Positions 37,701 through 54,050 of a stretch of DNA of 64,000 nt are shown in pieces. Under the pieces are notes generated by a model. That model was not told where the DNA came from. It worked only from the letters and a program-made list of their open reading frames with translations, and did no database searches. The stretch comes from Antedon mediterranea (Eukaryota > Animalia > Echinodermata): positions 7,727,888-7,791,887 of the forward strand of contig NC_092676.1 in the NCBI RefSeq assembly GCF_964355755.1. The letters run 5' to 3'. The stretch's first letter is position 1, and every line of letters starts with the position of its first letter. The translations under genes were made by a program, and so were the position numbers.

Positions 37701-40700
37701 CTCAGATGAAACCCGAATAAGAATCTCCAGCAAGTGACTGCCGATTGTGTCCACCATCAGCAGAGGTGGTTTGCTGAAAAAAAACGTGAGAAGTGTAAAG
37801 TACTCGTCATGTTATTCCTTCATTCATTAATGAGTGGAAAATTACTTCCATTTATTGTCATTTGCATATAAAATATACATAGAAATTATGTTTGCTCCGA
37901 GATACAAAAATAGATAAATAATTACAAAGTGTCACATCACTCTCGTACGGTATACGGACAAGCATTCAGGGCCAGAATGGAAGCTGGATAAAAGCTGTTA
38001 CGAAACTTATTTGTACGAGAGATGATGGACCGGTACATAACACCTCAAATTGCCTTTTTAGTAATTTTATCGATACTGGTAGAAATACAAATGCAGATCC
38101 AGGATTTTAAATAGAAACCCAGGGCCTGAAAATTGTAAAATTAAGGGCTGAATGTTCAATATTGTAATCCAACTGGGAAATAAAACTTTTTAAATCACGT
38201 GGGTGAATAAATTGTCTTTATTTTTAGTAAAGCAGAATATATTTTTATATTTTGTTGATGACGACTTTATGACTTGATAATATTGATAAGTTTAGGATAG
38301 AAGTTTTGATATTTGTGTTTGCGTTACTGAACTTTGTATGAGACAAGTACCAATCCATTATTTCCACTTGTATTGTGGACGAAAAAAAGTTATCTTAACT
38401 AATCTAAAGAGAAGTGTATTTTTTGTGATATAATTCAGCATAAAATCTATTGTAAGATTGTGTTTGTACCTGTCTTGAGTAGGTGACTCTGTTTTCTGCA
38501 ACACGTTACTACATCTCTTTAGGACCACTTTACTGAGCTTTTGGCATTTTGTTTCATCTGTAGAATGCAACACAAGCAGCAAAGCTTCTAAAACAGTACT
38601 GGCTACCGGATGTAAAAGCAACTCTAAAACACAGAATCATAAGACGAAATCCATTTATGAGGGTAGTAATTGATGGACCTAGGCCCTATATATATATGTT
38701 GCTGAAGCTATAGCTATCAGAAAATTAAATGGCATCTACAAAAAAAAGGAAAGAGCGCATTATTGGTTTGTGTACATAGCTTGTATAAACTTGTGTCTGA
38801 ATGTTTTGGTAACAATGAGCATGAAAAACAAATTAAAAAATCAATGTAAAAAAAATGTTGTAGGAAATATATCGGAGTGGAGTTGTGGCTTGGTGGTTAT
38901 GATGCTTGGCTACCACTCCAAGGGTCCTGGGTTCAAGTCCCGTCACATGTCAGGATTTTTACTAAGGACCAAATTACTCCACTCCCAAAGACTTGTAATA
39001 AGACTTTGTTTATGTAGAGCATCTTGTGTTTGTCTTGTGAACCTCTGAGGGTCCCTAATGATCAGCAATAGCTGGATGAATCACCCTCATTAAATATTGT
39101 TAAAAAAAAAATAAATATTCCATAATTTCAATGATTTACGATACAATAATCATATAAGAATGATACTGCCAAGCGGAAAAGTAAAAATCAACAGTTTTGG
39201 CTTAGTGAACGATTAACCCCTAAATTCCTTTTTCCTTTGTACAAAAGTATCCACTTGCGGATTTTTTCCATTTCTTAGGGCTGTTCCATTAAGCTTTATT
39301 GTAATCTCCGAAATTTACTAAAAGAGTATGAAACAGTATATACTTCATGTTAAAAACTTAAATGAACATTTTTGGAACACTTTTATAATCCATTGTAAAG
39401 AGATTAAAATGAAGTACTAAACTATTATAAATGATGATTGAAGAGTTGACATTTTTATATCATAATTAAATTTAACTTGAGTCATTTATCTACATAAAAA
39501 AAGTATAAACTTAGCTACAGTACCTGATAAATTAGGAAGTTCCTTTATTTTGGATATAAATTCATTTAGATATTCTGCAAATTCCTCAGGCAATTGTTCT
39601 TGTTCAGTTTCTGCATTGGTAACTTCCACAGATTTACCTAGAAAACAGATAGATACAATAATAGTACCTGGGTAGTGTCAATGAAGGCAACAACTCTTTC
39701 TTTAAAGTAAAGTTTATTAATATACTAATTATTTCTCAGTTGTGGTAACTTAAAGTTACAAAACAAATACATTTATTAATCAAATCACAATAAAATATTA
39801 ATAATATGTACAATGATTCAAGAAAATGATGAAATGGGGTCTCTTGGGAAACCAGGAGGTTTGTATGATAGAGACTCCAGATTACTTTTAAAACAAATAA
39901 TTGGTTTTCAAAACAGTAAAAAAAGATAATGAGGGAAGAAGATCAAAACATATACAAGCTAATAATTTACTAATAATAAAGAAAAGCAATTTATTTTAGA
40001 GTAAATGAACAGTGTAATTTTAATATTTAATTTAAAACTGGAAAATACAACAGGTTAATAAAACTTGAAAAAGCAGTACCTTTCTGCTGTGAGCGAGACA
40101 ATCTGCTCCTTGAAACTTCTTCCGTCACTTTGACACCGCTTAACACCTCAATGATCGTCTTAAAAACGTGACTAGCATACGTATCTATCACAACATCTTC
40201 AACAAATTCAAGAAATGCTTTTGAGATTTTCAAAATTAATTCTGAAAGTGCCGAACGGTTTTCACCAGATTGAATGAAATGCCCAGCCTTGCTGAGAGCC
40301 GTTTGCACCACATGGCATGCAAATCTGTCGTGGACAGCTGTTTCAAGGTCTTTTGTTATTCCATTTATAAATTCTTCAATCTGACTTGCATCTGCATACT
40401 GCAATAAGTCTTCGAGAATGTGGCTGGCTGTTTGGTTCCGAGAAATCTCCAATTCTTTATCTTTCAATTCATTGAATACATTTTTTAGAAATACACCTTA
40501 AAAATCAAATTCAATCAACATTACTTGTTTTTGGCCTACCACCAGCACTTAGTAATAATTTGTCAATTTTGATAATGAATTAATTGACTTATTAATATTT
40601 TCAGTCATGCTATAAATAATATTTTATATTAGTTATTACTGTAGGCCTACTAGTAATATAGTATTGCCTATATTATTAAACTTTATTTATATTTAAATTA

Positions 40701-41145
40701 TATGGCACTGTTTCAGTGTTATTATGGGATGCGCAATTTAAATCTAGTATTTTGATTGATCAAATTGCGCAAAGAAATCCTTAGGCATAAGCAATTTCAA
40801 ATTCCGCAAATCGTTTTAGTTGCGCATAACATTAAAACATATAAAACAAGAAATAGGCCGAAACGACCATGACTCGGATGCCAGTAACAGAGACAGGATC
40901 ATCAAGCTGATCTGATCATTATCAAACAGCTTATTAGGCTAATAGCCTATCGTTTTTATGTGAATAATTAACTTACTTCGATGTTCCTCTTCTTCAAAAC
41001 CTTCTTTCAGCGCATCAGAAACTCTTCTATAATAACCAATTGTTGATTCGTCTAGTCTCCCAACCCGACCATCAGGTTTTCCTTCGTGTTTATTGCCTTT
41101 CTTACCTTTCATTTTACCATGTTGCTTTTCTCTGGGCGCAGACAT
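31728..41145 (-). CDS. NOP9: Nucleolar protein 9 (Pumilio-like repeat rRNA-processing factor); 11 coding exons
   Basis: Exons 41145-40977, 40496-40080, 39637-39524, 38623-38470, 37773-37581, 36659-36545, 35684-35563, 33965-33732, 33246-32970, 32008-31968, 31856-31728. Motifs GYYRRV, SHILEDLL, YASHVFKT, GSHLLE, ANHIVQ, GSLLLQ, GSHIIDAFL, GSRTID; lysine-rich C-terminus. The last two small exons are less certain. Confidence 0.9.
32506..32955. repeat. Unclassified dispersed repeat, copy 2 (NOP9 intron 9)
   Basis: Collinear similarity to 27125-27689. Confidence 0.85.
33301..33600. mobile_element. Harbinger-like MITE with TAA TSD
   Basis: TAA|agctgctttcacat...atgtgaaagcagct|TAA; related copy at 6167-6450. 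Confidence 0.85.
34283..35334. mobile_element. Non-autonomous piggyBac-like element (1052 bp) in a NOP9 intron
   Basis: TTAA|cactttgactgcca...tggcagtcaaagtg|TTAA; two subterminal palindromes aaaaacgaagatcttcgt; no transposase ORF. Confidence 0.9.
36045..36300 (-). mobile_element. Degenerate SINE (third family, cccaggtgta.aaatgggtacc core)
   Basis: Core shared with a + strand copy at ~32280-32400; the minus-strand end has an aagcgctata LINE-like tail. Confidence 0.55.
38875..39100 (+). mobile_element. Second tRNA-derived SINE family
   Basis: gagttgtggcttggtggtta (A-box-like)...ggtcctgggttcaagtccc (B-box); relatives at ~8897-9040 and ~45365-45500. Confidence 0.65.
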
Positions 41146-42858
41146 GTTGGTTTTCTGATCGACTTGACACCGAGAGAGGGCGCCGCCCCCGTGACTAATT
41201 ATTTAGCGCCCTCTATAATTGGTTAAAAAGTTGGACAAAACCATAGAAAATAACTCGGTTTGGTACTGTGCATTTTGTAATTAAATATGTTTGTTACAGC
41301 TTTTATGAGTTCATTAGACAATCTATAAACTAAACAATAAACAATATTGTGATAATAACTCATACTATAGAGGTTATTATCCAGTAACCTTTAGTTACTC
41401 CTCTACAGTTACACATATCATAATGTAATGGTACCATGTGGCCTAGAAAAAAGCCCCAGACAAAGTTAACGGTAATTTTGTCTCAATTTTTGAAAAAGGC
41501 TAACTTATCAAACTACTTAGAATATTGTTGGCCAATCAGAAGTCAGGGTGGGTTTTTTAAATAGTTAAGATGATATGTTTTAAGTTTAGTTTTAGTTTTG
41601 GTATGAAGCTGAACAGACACAGGTCAGCAAGAGGGCCTGTTCATTAAAGAAATATGCTTTTACTTTAACTTTACTGCATTTTTTATGTTCATCTTTGTCC
41701 GATAACTTTATATATTAAACCGCTCGGACGTTTCTCCAATCTGACTACATAATTAAACCGCTCGGACTCATGCGAAGCCCGTAACAAATATGAAGGAAAA
41801 AGTATCCATAAGGAATGAATACATATAATGTAGACGGTTTTACAGTGGGTTGTTATCACGCTGCTGCTCTAGCCCGCTACGTCACACGAGATGACTCATT
41901 CATTAGATGAAATCAAGCAGCAGTATAGTACTACACTTTGACATTTTTGTTAAAATGGAAACTCGACTTTAATTTATAGGTACCACCTGTTGAATCCAAA
42001 AAACGGCTAGGAAAAGAGTAATGACAAATCCCAAAGCATTTCTGGTATTTATGAGTCCCATGATATTACTATAATTCACTGTCAGATAATCATTGAATTA
42101 TTATCAAAACAGTCCATTGAAGTTTTTGTTTGTAATAGGATACTTGAAGTATCTAGGCGTGATGAAGTGACCCCCAGACTTGACCTTAGCAATAACAATA
42201 AGCGAGCAGCGTTTTTTGTAAGAAATATTCTTGTTTTTAATGTAGAATTATTGTATTGTACTGTATTATTTTCTATGTTCACAAAAAGAACCCTTTCATT
42301 CTCTAGTAATATATGCAACAAGATATAGATAGCTTCAGTGTAATACTATACATTAAAAATTTAACATTAAAGTACAAGAAGTGAATTTGATCATATCAAA
42401 TTATTTTTTATCCTCATTTTTTTAATGAATCTAAGATTTTCTTTGCAGCAAAATTAAAACGGATGAGCAGATTTTAAAAAGGAGTAATTTTTTACATCTT
42501 CTCCATGTTTAAAACATTTTGAACAGCACACCAGTAGTTGCCTAATAATAATAATTTAACAAACATAATTAAACTAAATAGGAAACCAAAAGAATATATA
42601 TTTCCGCAGTTAAGTTAAGAACAGCTAAGATGTCCCTAATAAATAAGTTCACTTTAAGTGAAGCAAGCATTAAAAATACTTCAGTTGCATTGAATTTTAA
42701 GAATAACATTCTGTAGTCCTTTGTCTAAAATTTTGTCTTTGATTGGATGTGTCATAACTAAGAGACTATTGTAAAAGATGCATGGTTTACGACTGTTTAA
42801 AATTCCATTAATATATAAATACAATCTATTCCTTTCAGCACAGAATTCTTGAAAATAT

Positions 42859-47799
<4,941 letters not shown>

Positions 47800-48531
47800 C
47801 TTGGAAAATGTATAGACCATCAGATCTTTCCATTTAAATTGAGGAGAGTTCTCGGCTTGAAGTATTATTTTTATAAAATAATAAAATGTATCATATCTTA
47901 TCAATCTTAAATAATTATTCTTGTTTAAACTAGGAAGTAGGATATAGATATATGAAACAATTCACAATTTAGAACGTGTTTCCTTGTTTTTATGAGAAAC
48001 GATTATAAACCCCCTATTAAAAAATGGATTATTTGACACGGTCATAAAGTTCAGTACGTGCAGTTTTTCTGAATGAAAAATTAATTTCATTTCACGATTT
48101 TAATTCTTCTGAATTAAAAGTAAGTATTACAATTACGATCATTGACGCTAATAATGTTAATATAACGTATTCTAAAATTAGATTTGTATAATTGTGTTTT
48201 TGTTGAAGAATATTATATAAAAACGAGATATGTTATTCTCTAGGCCTGGCTGGGCCGGTTCGCTGGGCCTATTGAGTAGTGTGCATTGAGAGAGAGTGTT
48301 TGGACTAACTATAGATGTCTGTGTGTGGGTGTAGCTTCATTTGTATTTGCTATAACCAGGCTAGGCCTAGGAGCACTCGCATTATTTAATTTATCTATAT
48401 TTACCATTTGTATACAGTCTAAAAATGTCAATTTCACAAGTTTATTCGATTAAATACAGTTTATTTTCCTTTCATCATTATCATATTTCATTCATGATTC
48501 TATCTTTCATCCTACTTTTTTTCAGTAGAAT
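47800..48531. promoter_or_regulatory. Probable bidirectional promoter region ACAT1 / macro-domain gene
   Basis: Divergent ATGs 732 bp apart; a YY1-like caagATGGCAGC overlaps the ACAT1 start codon. Confidence 0.5.
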
Positions 48532-51500
48532 ATGGATGTTATCTTAATAGATGCAAATGCCAAAAAAGAAGAAAAACATTTTATTATTAGAAAGAAGAAG
48601 AAAGAGGAGAGACGTGAACCAATAACAGTTTGTTATACATTACGAGATATAAACAAACAGCTAGTAAAAGCGTGGCAAGACATATTTGCCCCTCATCAAC
48701 ATGTTGTGGTATGATGAATTCTACACTTTAATCATTATTTAATTATTATTAATTATTTAATTTATTTATAACAAACTCAAGGGAAACTAAGCACCTTTTC
48801 TGTTTCTTAAGTTAAAAACTATAACATTACTTTATATTACATATTTATATTCATAGATAAGTGAAGGAGATATTTTTAAAGATGCACCTGCAACTGATGC
48901 AATAGTAAGTTATAAATTTTACCGATTTCAACACCCAAACTCAATTCTTAGAATTACAGTTATCCATTTTTAATACACCAAACATTTTTCGTTTCCCAAA
49001 TGTCTATAGTATTTATAGTCTTATTGTACAGAAAGTAAGGGTCATATGCAGTAAGCTACAGTATTAAGCTTGTTTAATCAACCCATTACCATCAAGATTG
49101 TGAAAGTGTATACATTTGTACTCTATACAGTGCTTTCCAAATAAATTCCACAAGATTCAATACTGTGTATTATTGTTGTGCTTAATTCTTCTGCTTTAAC
49201 TTGTTACTGTTTTTACTTATCACCACTTTAGGTATCACCGGCAAACAGTTTTGGTTTTATGGATGGCGGCATTGAATTAGCTTACTCAAGGCATTTTGGA
49301 CTGCAACTGTAAGTACTAAACAGGATGTGTATTTATAATGAATATAATTTATAACAAAGACTAACTTAAAATTCAAGATCTGTTTATTCAAGATAAGGAT
49401 TTAGGAGGGAAATTGTGTAACCATCAGACAAAGTCAACATGTACTCTGTATATACTTTTTTTTTTAGAATGAGTAGATTACAAGATGCTATTGATACTGA
49501 CAAAGATGGAGAATTATTAGTGGTGAATATTTCAATTATTATTCTAAATTTAGCAAAATTGCCAAGGATAGCCATAAGTGAATTCATTCACTGTTCTTCT
49601 CTCTTGAAATTATGTTCACATGAACAATAAGATGCTCTACATAAACAAGTCTTTGGGAGTGGGGTTGTACTACTACATATCATCTTGAGAAATTGTTTCG
49701 GCCAATGCAAGATATTTGTTGTATAGCTTATTGAGTTACAGTATACTGTGTATGAATCATCTTATGTTGGTCAGTAATGTCCAGTTATTTGTATTTGCCC
49801 AATGCAAGAGATTCTATGATAAAAAGATTACTGAGCTATTCTGTATATCAATCATCCTCTGTTGGTCAGTAATGTCCAGTTTTTTTTTGGCCAATGCAAG
49901 AGATTCTATGATTTATAGATTACGTAGCTATACTGTATATCAAGTATCCTCTGTTGGTCAGTAATGTCCGTTTTTTTACCAATGCAAGACATTCTATGAT
50001 ATATTACGGAGCTATACTGTATATCAATTATCATGTTGGTCAGTAATGTCCGTTTTTTTTACCAATGCAAGACATTCTATGATATATTACGGAGCTATAC
50101 TGTATATCAATTATCATGTTGGTCAGTAATGTCCAGTTTTTTTTTGTTGGCCAATGCAAGGGATTTTTTTATATAATGAGCTATACTGTGTATCAAGTAT
50201 ACTCTGTTGGTCAGTAATGTCCAGTTAATTTTTTCCATAGGGTGATGCCTTAATTCTTTCTACACATGAACACGTGTTTGGTAAAACAGAACAGTCTTCA
50301 TGGCAGGGATACAACCAGGACATACCAATCAAATATTTAATATCAGCACCAACGATGAGGGTTCCAATGGACGTGTCAAACACAATGAATGCCTATCTAG
50401 CATTTAGAGCTGTCATTTTAAAAGGTAACAGTTACACAAATTAAAAACTGTTAAAAACATATACCTGTAAATAAAAAATCCTAATATTAAAGATATAATT
50501 GTCCCCTTGAAAAAAAAATTGTTGTGGAATATACCACTGTATGTCACATAATAGTTATTGACCAAAAATTGAATTAAAAAAAACCATGTAATTTAAAGGA
50601 AAAAAATAGTAAAATTGTGTGCCATAACCTGGCCATAACCTAACCATTTATTTTGTCTGTTTTAAGTGAATTCATTGTTTTTGTTCAATGGAAGTGAATA
50701 ACTTCATTAAAACTTAAAACTGCAACATGGGCTGTTAATTAATGTGTCATGTTTTTTAGGACAATACATCTGTAAAAGAAAATGGCAGGTGGGTGCCTCC
50801 CACAAAACATATAAAAAAAACATCCATAACCTCTTTTCGAAGAATTTGCAATCGAGAAACATTACAATCATCTACTGTTGACTTCAATACATGAATATTT
50901 AAATACTGTATGTTTCCTTATAGTTAATAAACACAATAAGAACCCAGATAATGATCCTATAAGATCCGTACTGTGTCCTGGTCTAGCTACGTCATTCGGC
51001 AATATGGAACCAAGGCAATGTGCTTTACAGGTAATATACTTATACCAATACAGTAAATAATTTTGTTTGTATCATTAAAGACGGTCTGTCTCGATCACTA
51101 AAGTATATCTTCTTTTACAGATGAAGTATGCATATGAAATTTATGAATTAGGGTTACATAAGAATCTAAGGCATCCAGAATCTCTCGGTGAAGTCTGGGA
51201 AAAGCAACTAGCCCTGTCATCAATAGGTGGAAAGTAAGTATAGCATCCAGAGATACATTAGAGGGTGATGACACACCTGATTGAAGATACCATAGGGGGT
51301 TTGTAGAGTTTGAATGAACAGTAGAGGGTTAGGCCACACCCAATTGAAGATACCATAAGGGGTTCGTAGGGTTTGCATAAACTTTTATCTTGACGTAACA
51401 CTTTTAAACTAGGGACTAACAATTGTTTGGCCAATCTTACCAAGTTCTAGGCTAGACCAGATATAATTTTTTTCATCAGCATCTCCCTGTTACAACCTAG

Positions 51501-52138
51501 CTATGGGCTACATGATGATCAACTTGATAAATGAAATCTAAAGCGATCGCACTGGACTTAATTTGGTCAAAATAACCGAGCCGTCGGCTAAAGTGACCCA
51601 AGAAAAAGTCCAATCTGAACACTGGCCATAATTCCCTCAGGGTTAAATTAACCAAATCCAATAGTTACTTTTATCGACCATTTACCATGGTCTTGGTAAA
51701 ACTAACCGCGCGACTAAAAAGTCCAAACTGAACGTGCAACTCATGTTAACACGTGACATGCGAGTCAATCACGGTTAATTTTTTGTAAAATAACGGTAAA
51801 ACTAACTGCATAAAAAGTATGAGTGATGGTCAAATCTTCTAATAACATTGGGTAAAGCTACCAGTGCGAACAAAGCCTTATACTTATTAAGCAAGGCCTT
51901 ACTTGGGATAAAGTGGTTAAGGTTATTAAATGTGGTAGTGGTTAAGGTTATTAAATGTGGTAGTGGTTAAGGTTATTAAATGTGGTAGTGGTTAAGGTTA
52001 TTAAATGTGGTAGTGCTGTTGAAACAATAAAGGCTAGCTACTGTTTTTATTAAAAATACAGCTATTATAAGAAATTTGTTTACAGTACATATTTTTTTTA
52101 AACAATTTCTTTATAGAAGTGACCAGATTCAAATATAG
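48532..52138 (+). CDS. Macro-domain (Appr-1''-p processing / ADP-ribose-binding) protein; 8 coding exons
   Basis: Exons 48532-48708, 48857-48904, 49232-49308, 49468-49522, 50241-50424, 50924-51030, 51121-51233, 52117-52138; phases consistent. Spliced motifs GDIF...DAIVSPANSFGFMDGGIELAYSRHFG, GELLVGDA, YLISAPTMRVP, NAYLAFRA, SVLCPGLATSFG, CALQMKYAY. The last mini-exon is tentative. Confidence 0.88.
49700..50230. repeat. Intronic tandem repeat, 82-95-bp period, about 6 copies
   Basis: gttggtcagtaatgtcc recurs at ~49766, 49861, 49953, 50035, 50118, 50206. Confidence 0.9.
51913..52015. repeat. 25-bp tandem repeat x4 (gtggttaaggttattaaatgtggta)
   Basis: Directly visible. Confidence 0.92.
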
Positions 52139-53466
52139 AAGTTGAATTGAACAATCCATTTTGTGTCATGAAAAGGCGTTGTATATCACCACAAAGTAAA
52201 AAACATGGGACATGCTTTTGTGAAGATGGTGTACTGTTACTCTTGTGTGTGATGATATGAAAAAGAAAAAAAGTGGTTAAAATACTAATTTTGTATGGAA
52301 TATAGAATGGTCATTTAATATTACTAGACTTACAAGCGAAGGCAATCCCAAAAGTGACTTAATATTCAAGAGGTTGGGAATGTAACATTTAAAAAACAAC
52401 ACATAAATAATTAAAAGTTGTTAAAAAATCATGGATGTTAATAATTTGATGATCTTAGAAATTAGTAAAAACTGTTGATTTTAACAAAAACATAAAATGA
52501 AAAAAACTTTTCCTTTCATTACTGCTTGTGATTCTTTCTAATTATGCGCAAAAATGTAAGTATCGGTATCAAGTCGTATTCATAATTATCTGAACTGAGG
52601 GCGCTATATGAGACTACAGCAAGGTATATGGTCGGAACATTTTTTTTCAATATTTATTGAATTTCGCACAAATATGAAATGGCATTACATTAATATGGAA
52701 CTACTAATTTTTCTACTACCTAGAAAAATAAGAAGGTATTTTTTATTGTAGAAAAGTGTACTAATTTTGTGATACACATTGACATAAACCGATAAGGATA
52801 GGTCTTGCACATTAAAAATGTAAATAAGTGAAAAAAAAACTAGGTAAATGTACCACTATTATGTCATTTACTAGGTTCATGTCTGTATTATTTTTAGTTT
52901 ACAATGCCCCTCTTTTGCCCATCAGGTTGTCCCATATTACAATTTGCATTGCCATTAGTAAATTATTTTGTGAAAAATGTTTATTTTCTGTACTTTACCT
53001 CGACTCCATATTTTTTGTGCCAATAGTATTTTATTATGTTAAAGTAGAGTAAACATTGTATTGACAATTGTTAGTAAACTTGGTTTCAACTGCATAGGGA
53101 GTTTTTAGGTTATGACCTTGACAGTGGCTATGAGCGCTCACTGTCTAAACCCAAAGGCCCCAGAGCATGAGCAGCACCAGTGCAACTACCCAGCATTGGA
53201 GGGCACCTTGGGAGTGTTAAACTGTGTTACACCACTGCCTTGGAACAAGTTAGGTCACTTAAAAAAGTAGGGATGTGCTTCCTCAACACAGGTTTGGTGG
53301 TTTCTAGATGACGACCGACGTCATATTTCAAAAGCTCCATTTATACACAGAATCGATTATTTTTAGTTGTTCCTTTATACCTCAATAATTAAGGATGGCC
53401 TATCATTGGTTTAGAATACAAAGGAATTGGAAATCTCCAAATGAATTGAATGATCCACCCAGTAAT

Positions 53467-53654
53467 GGCCAATTTACAGAGACGAGCGGTAACGGTAAGC
53501 GGAAATCATGTAGCTTTCCCACATAGAATCTGTATCTATCCTGAGCGAGTTTCTGCTCAACCACCCACTCCACGTTTTGTGTATATGATCGAAATAACAT
53601 ATTCTATATTTTTGTTTTCCGCTTACCGTTACCGCTCATCTGTGTAAATTGGCC
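53467..53654. mobile_element. MITE with ~37-bp TIRs
   Basis: ggccaatttacagagacgagcggtaacggtaagcggaaa / tttccgcttaccgttaccgctcatctgtgtaaattggcc. Confidence 0.85.
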
Positions 53655-54050
53655 TTTAGTAGAGCTTGCAGGTTAAGTGTGTTTAAATTAAGCTGTATAG
53701 TTTCCTATTTGTGGGGCTTCCATGATTATAGGGTAATTTTTTTAAGTTACATACCGTACAAACCAGTCGGGATTTCATTTCAGCGTATTATACGAGTAAA
53801 AATAAATGTATACAATAACATCTTGCAAACAAAGTTAGTCAAAAATTTGTTTATTAGTAACAAATATTTAGTTAAGGAAATGTAAATGTTAAACAACATA
53901 CTGTATAGAAATGTTTCAAGAAGTAAATAAAATTACAGTATATGAGAATTATACTGTATAATATACGGTAGTTGGTTTCTTCCATTTCTTACTATAGTGT
54001 TACTAAACTACTAAATATTGTTAGTAATATAAATTCATAAATGTTTATTA

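Noticed and set aside
38875-38950. tRNA gene
   Set aside because: A/B-box-like motifs but no consistent cloverleaf; diverged relatives at ~8897 and ~45365 point to a SINE head.
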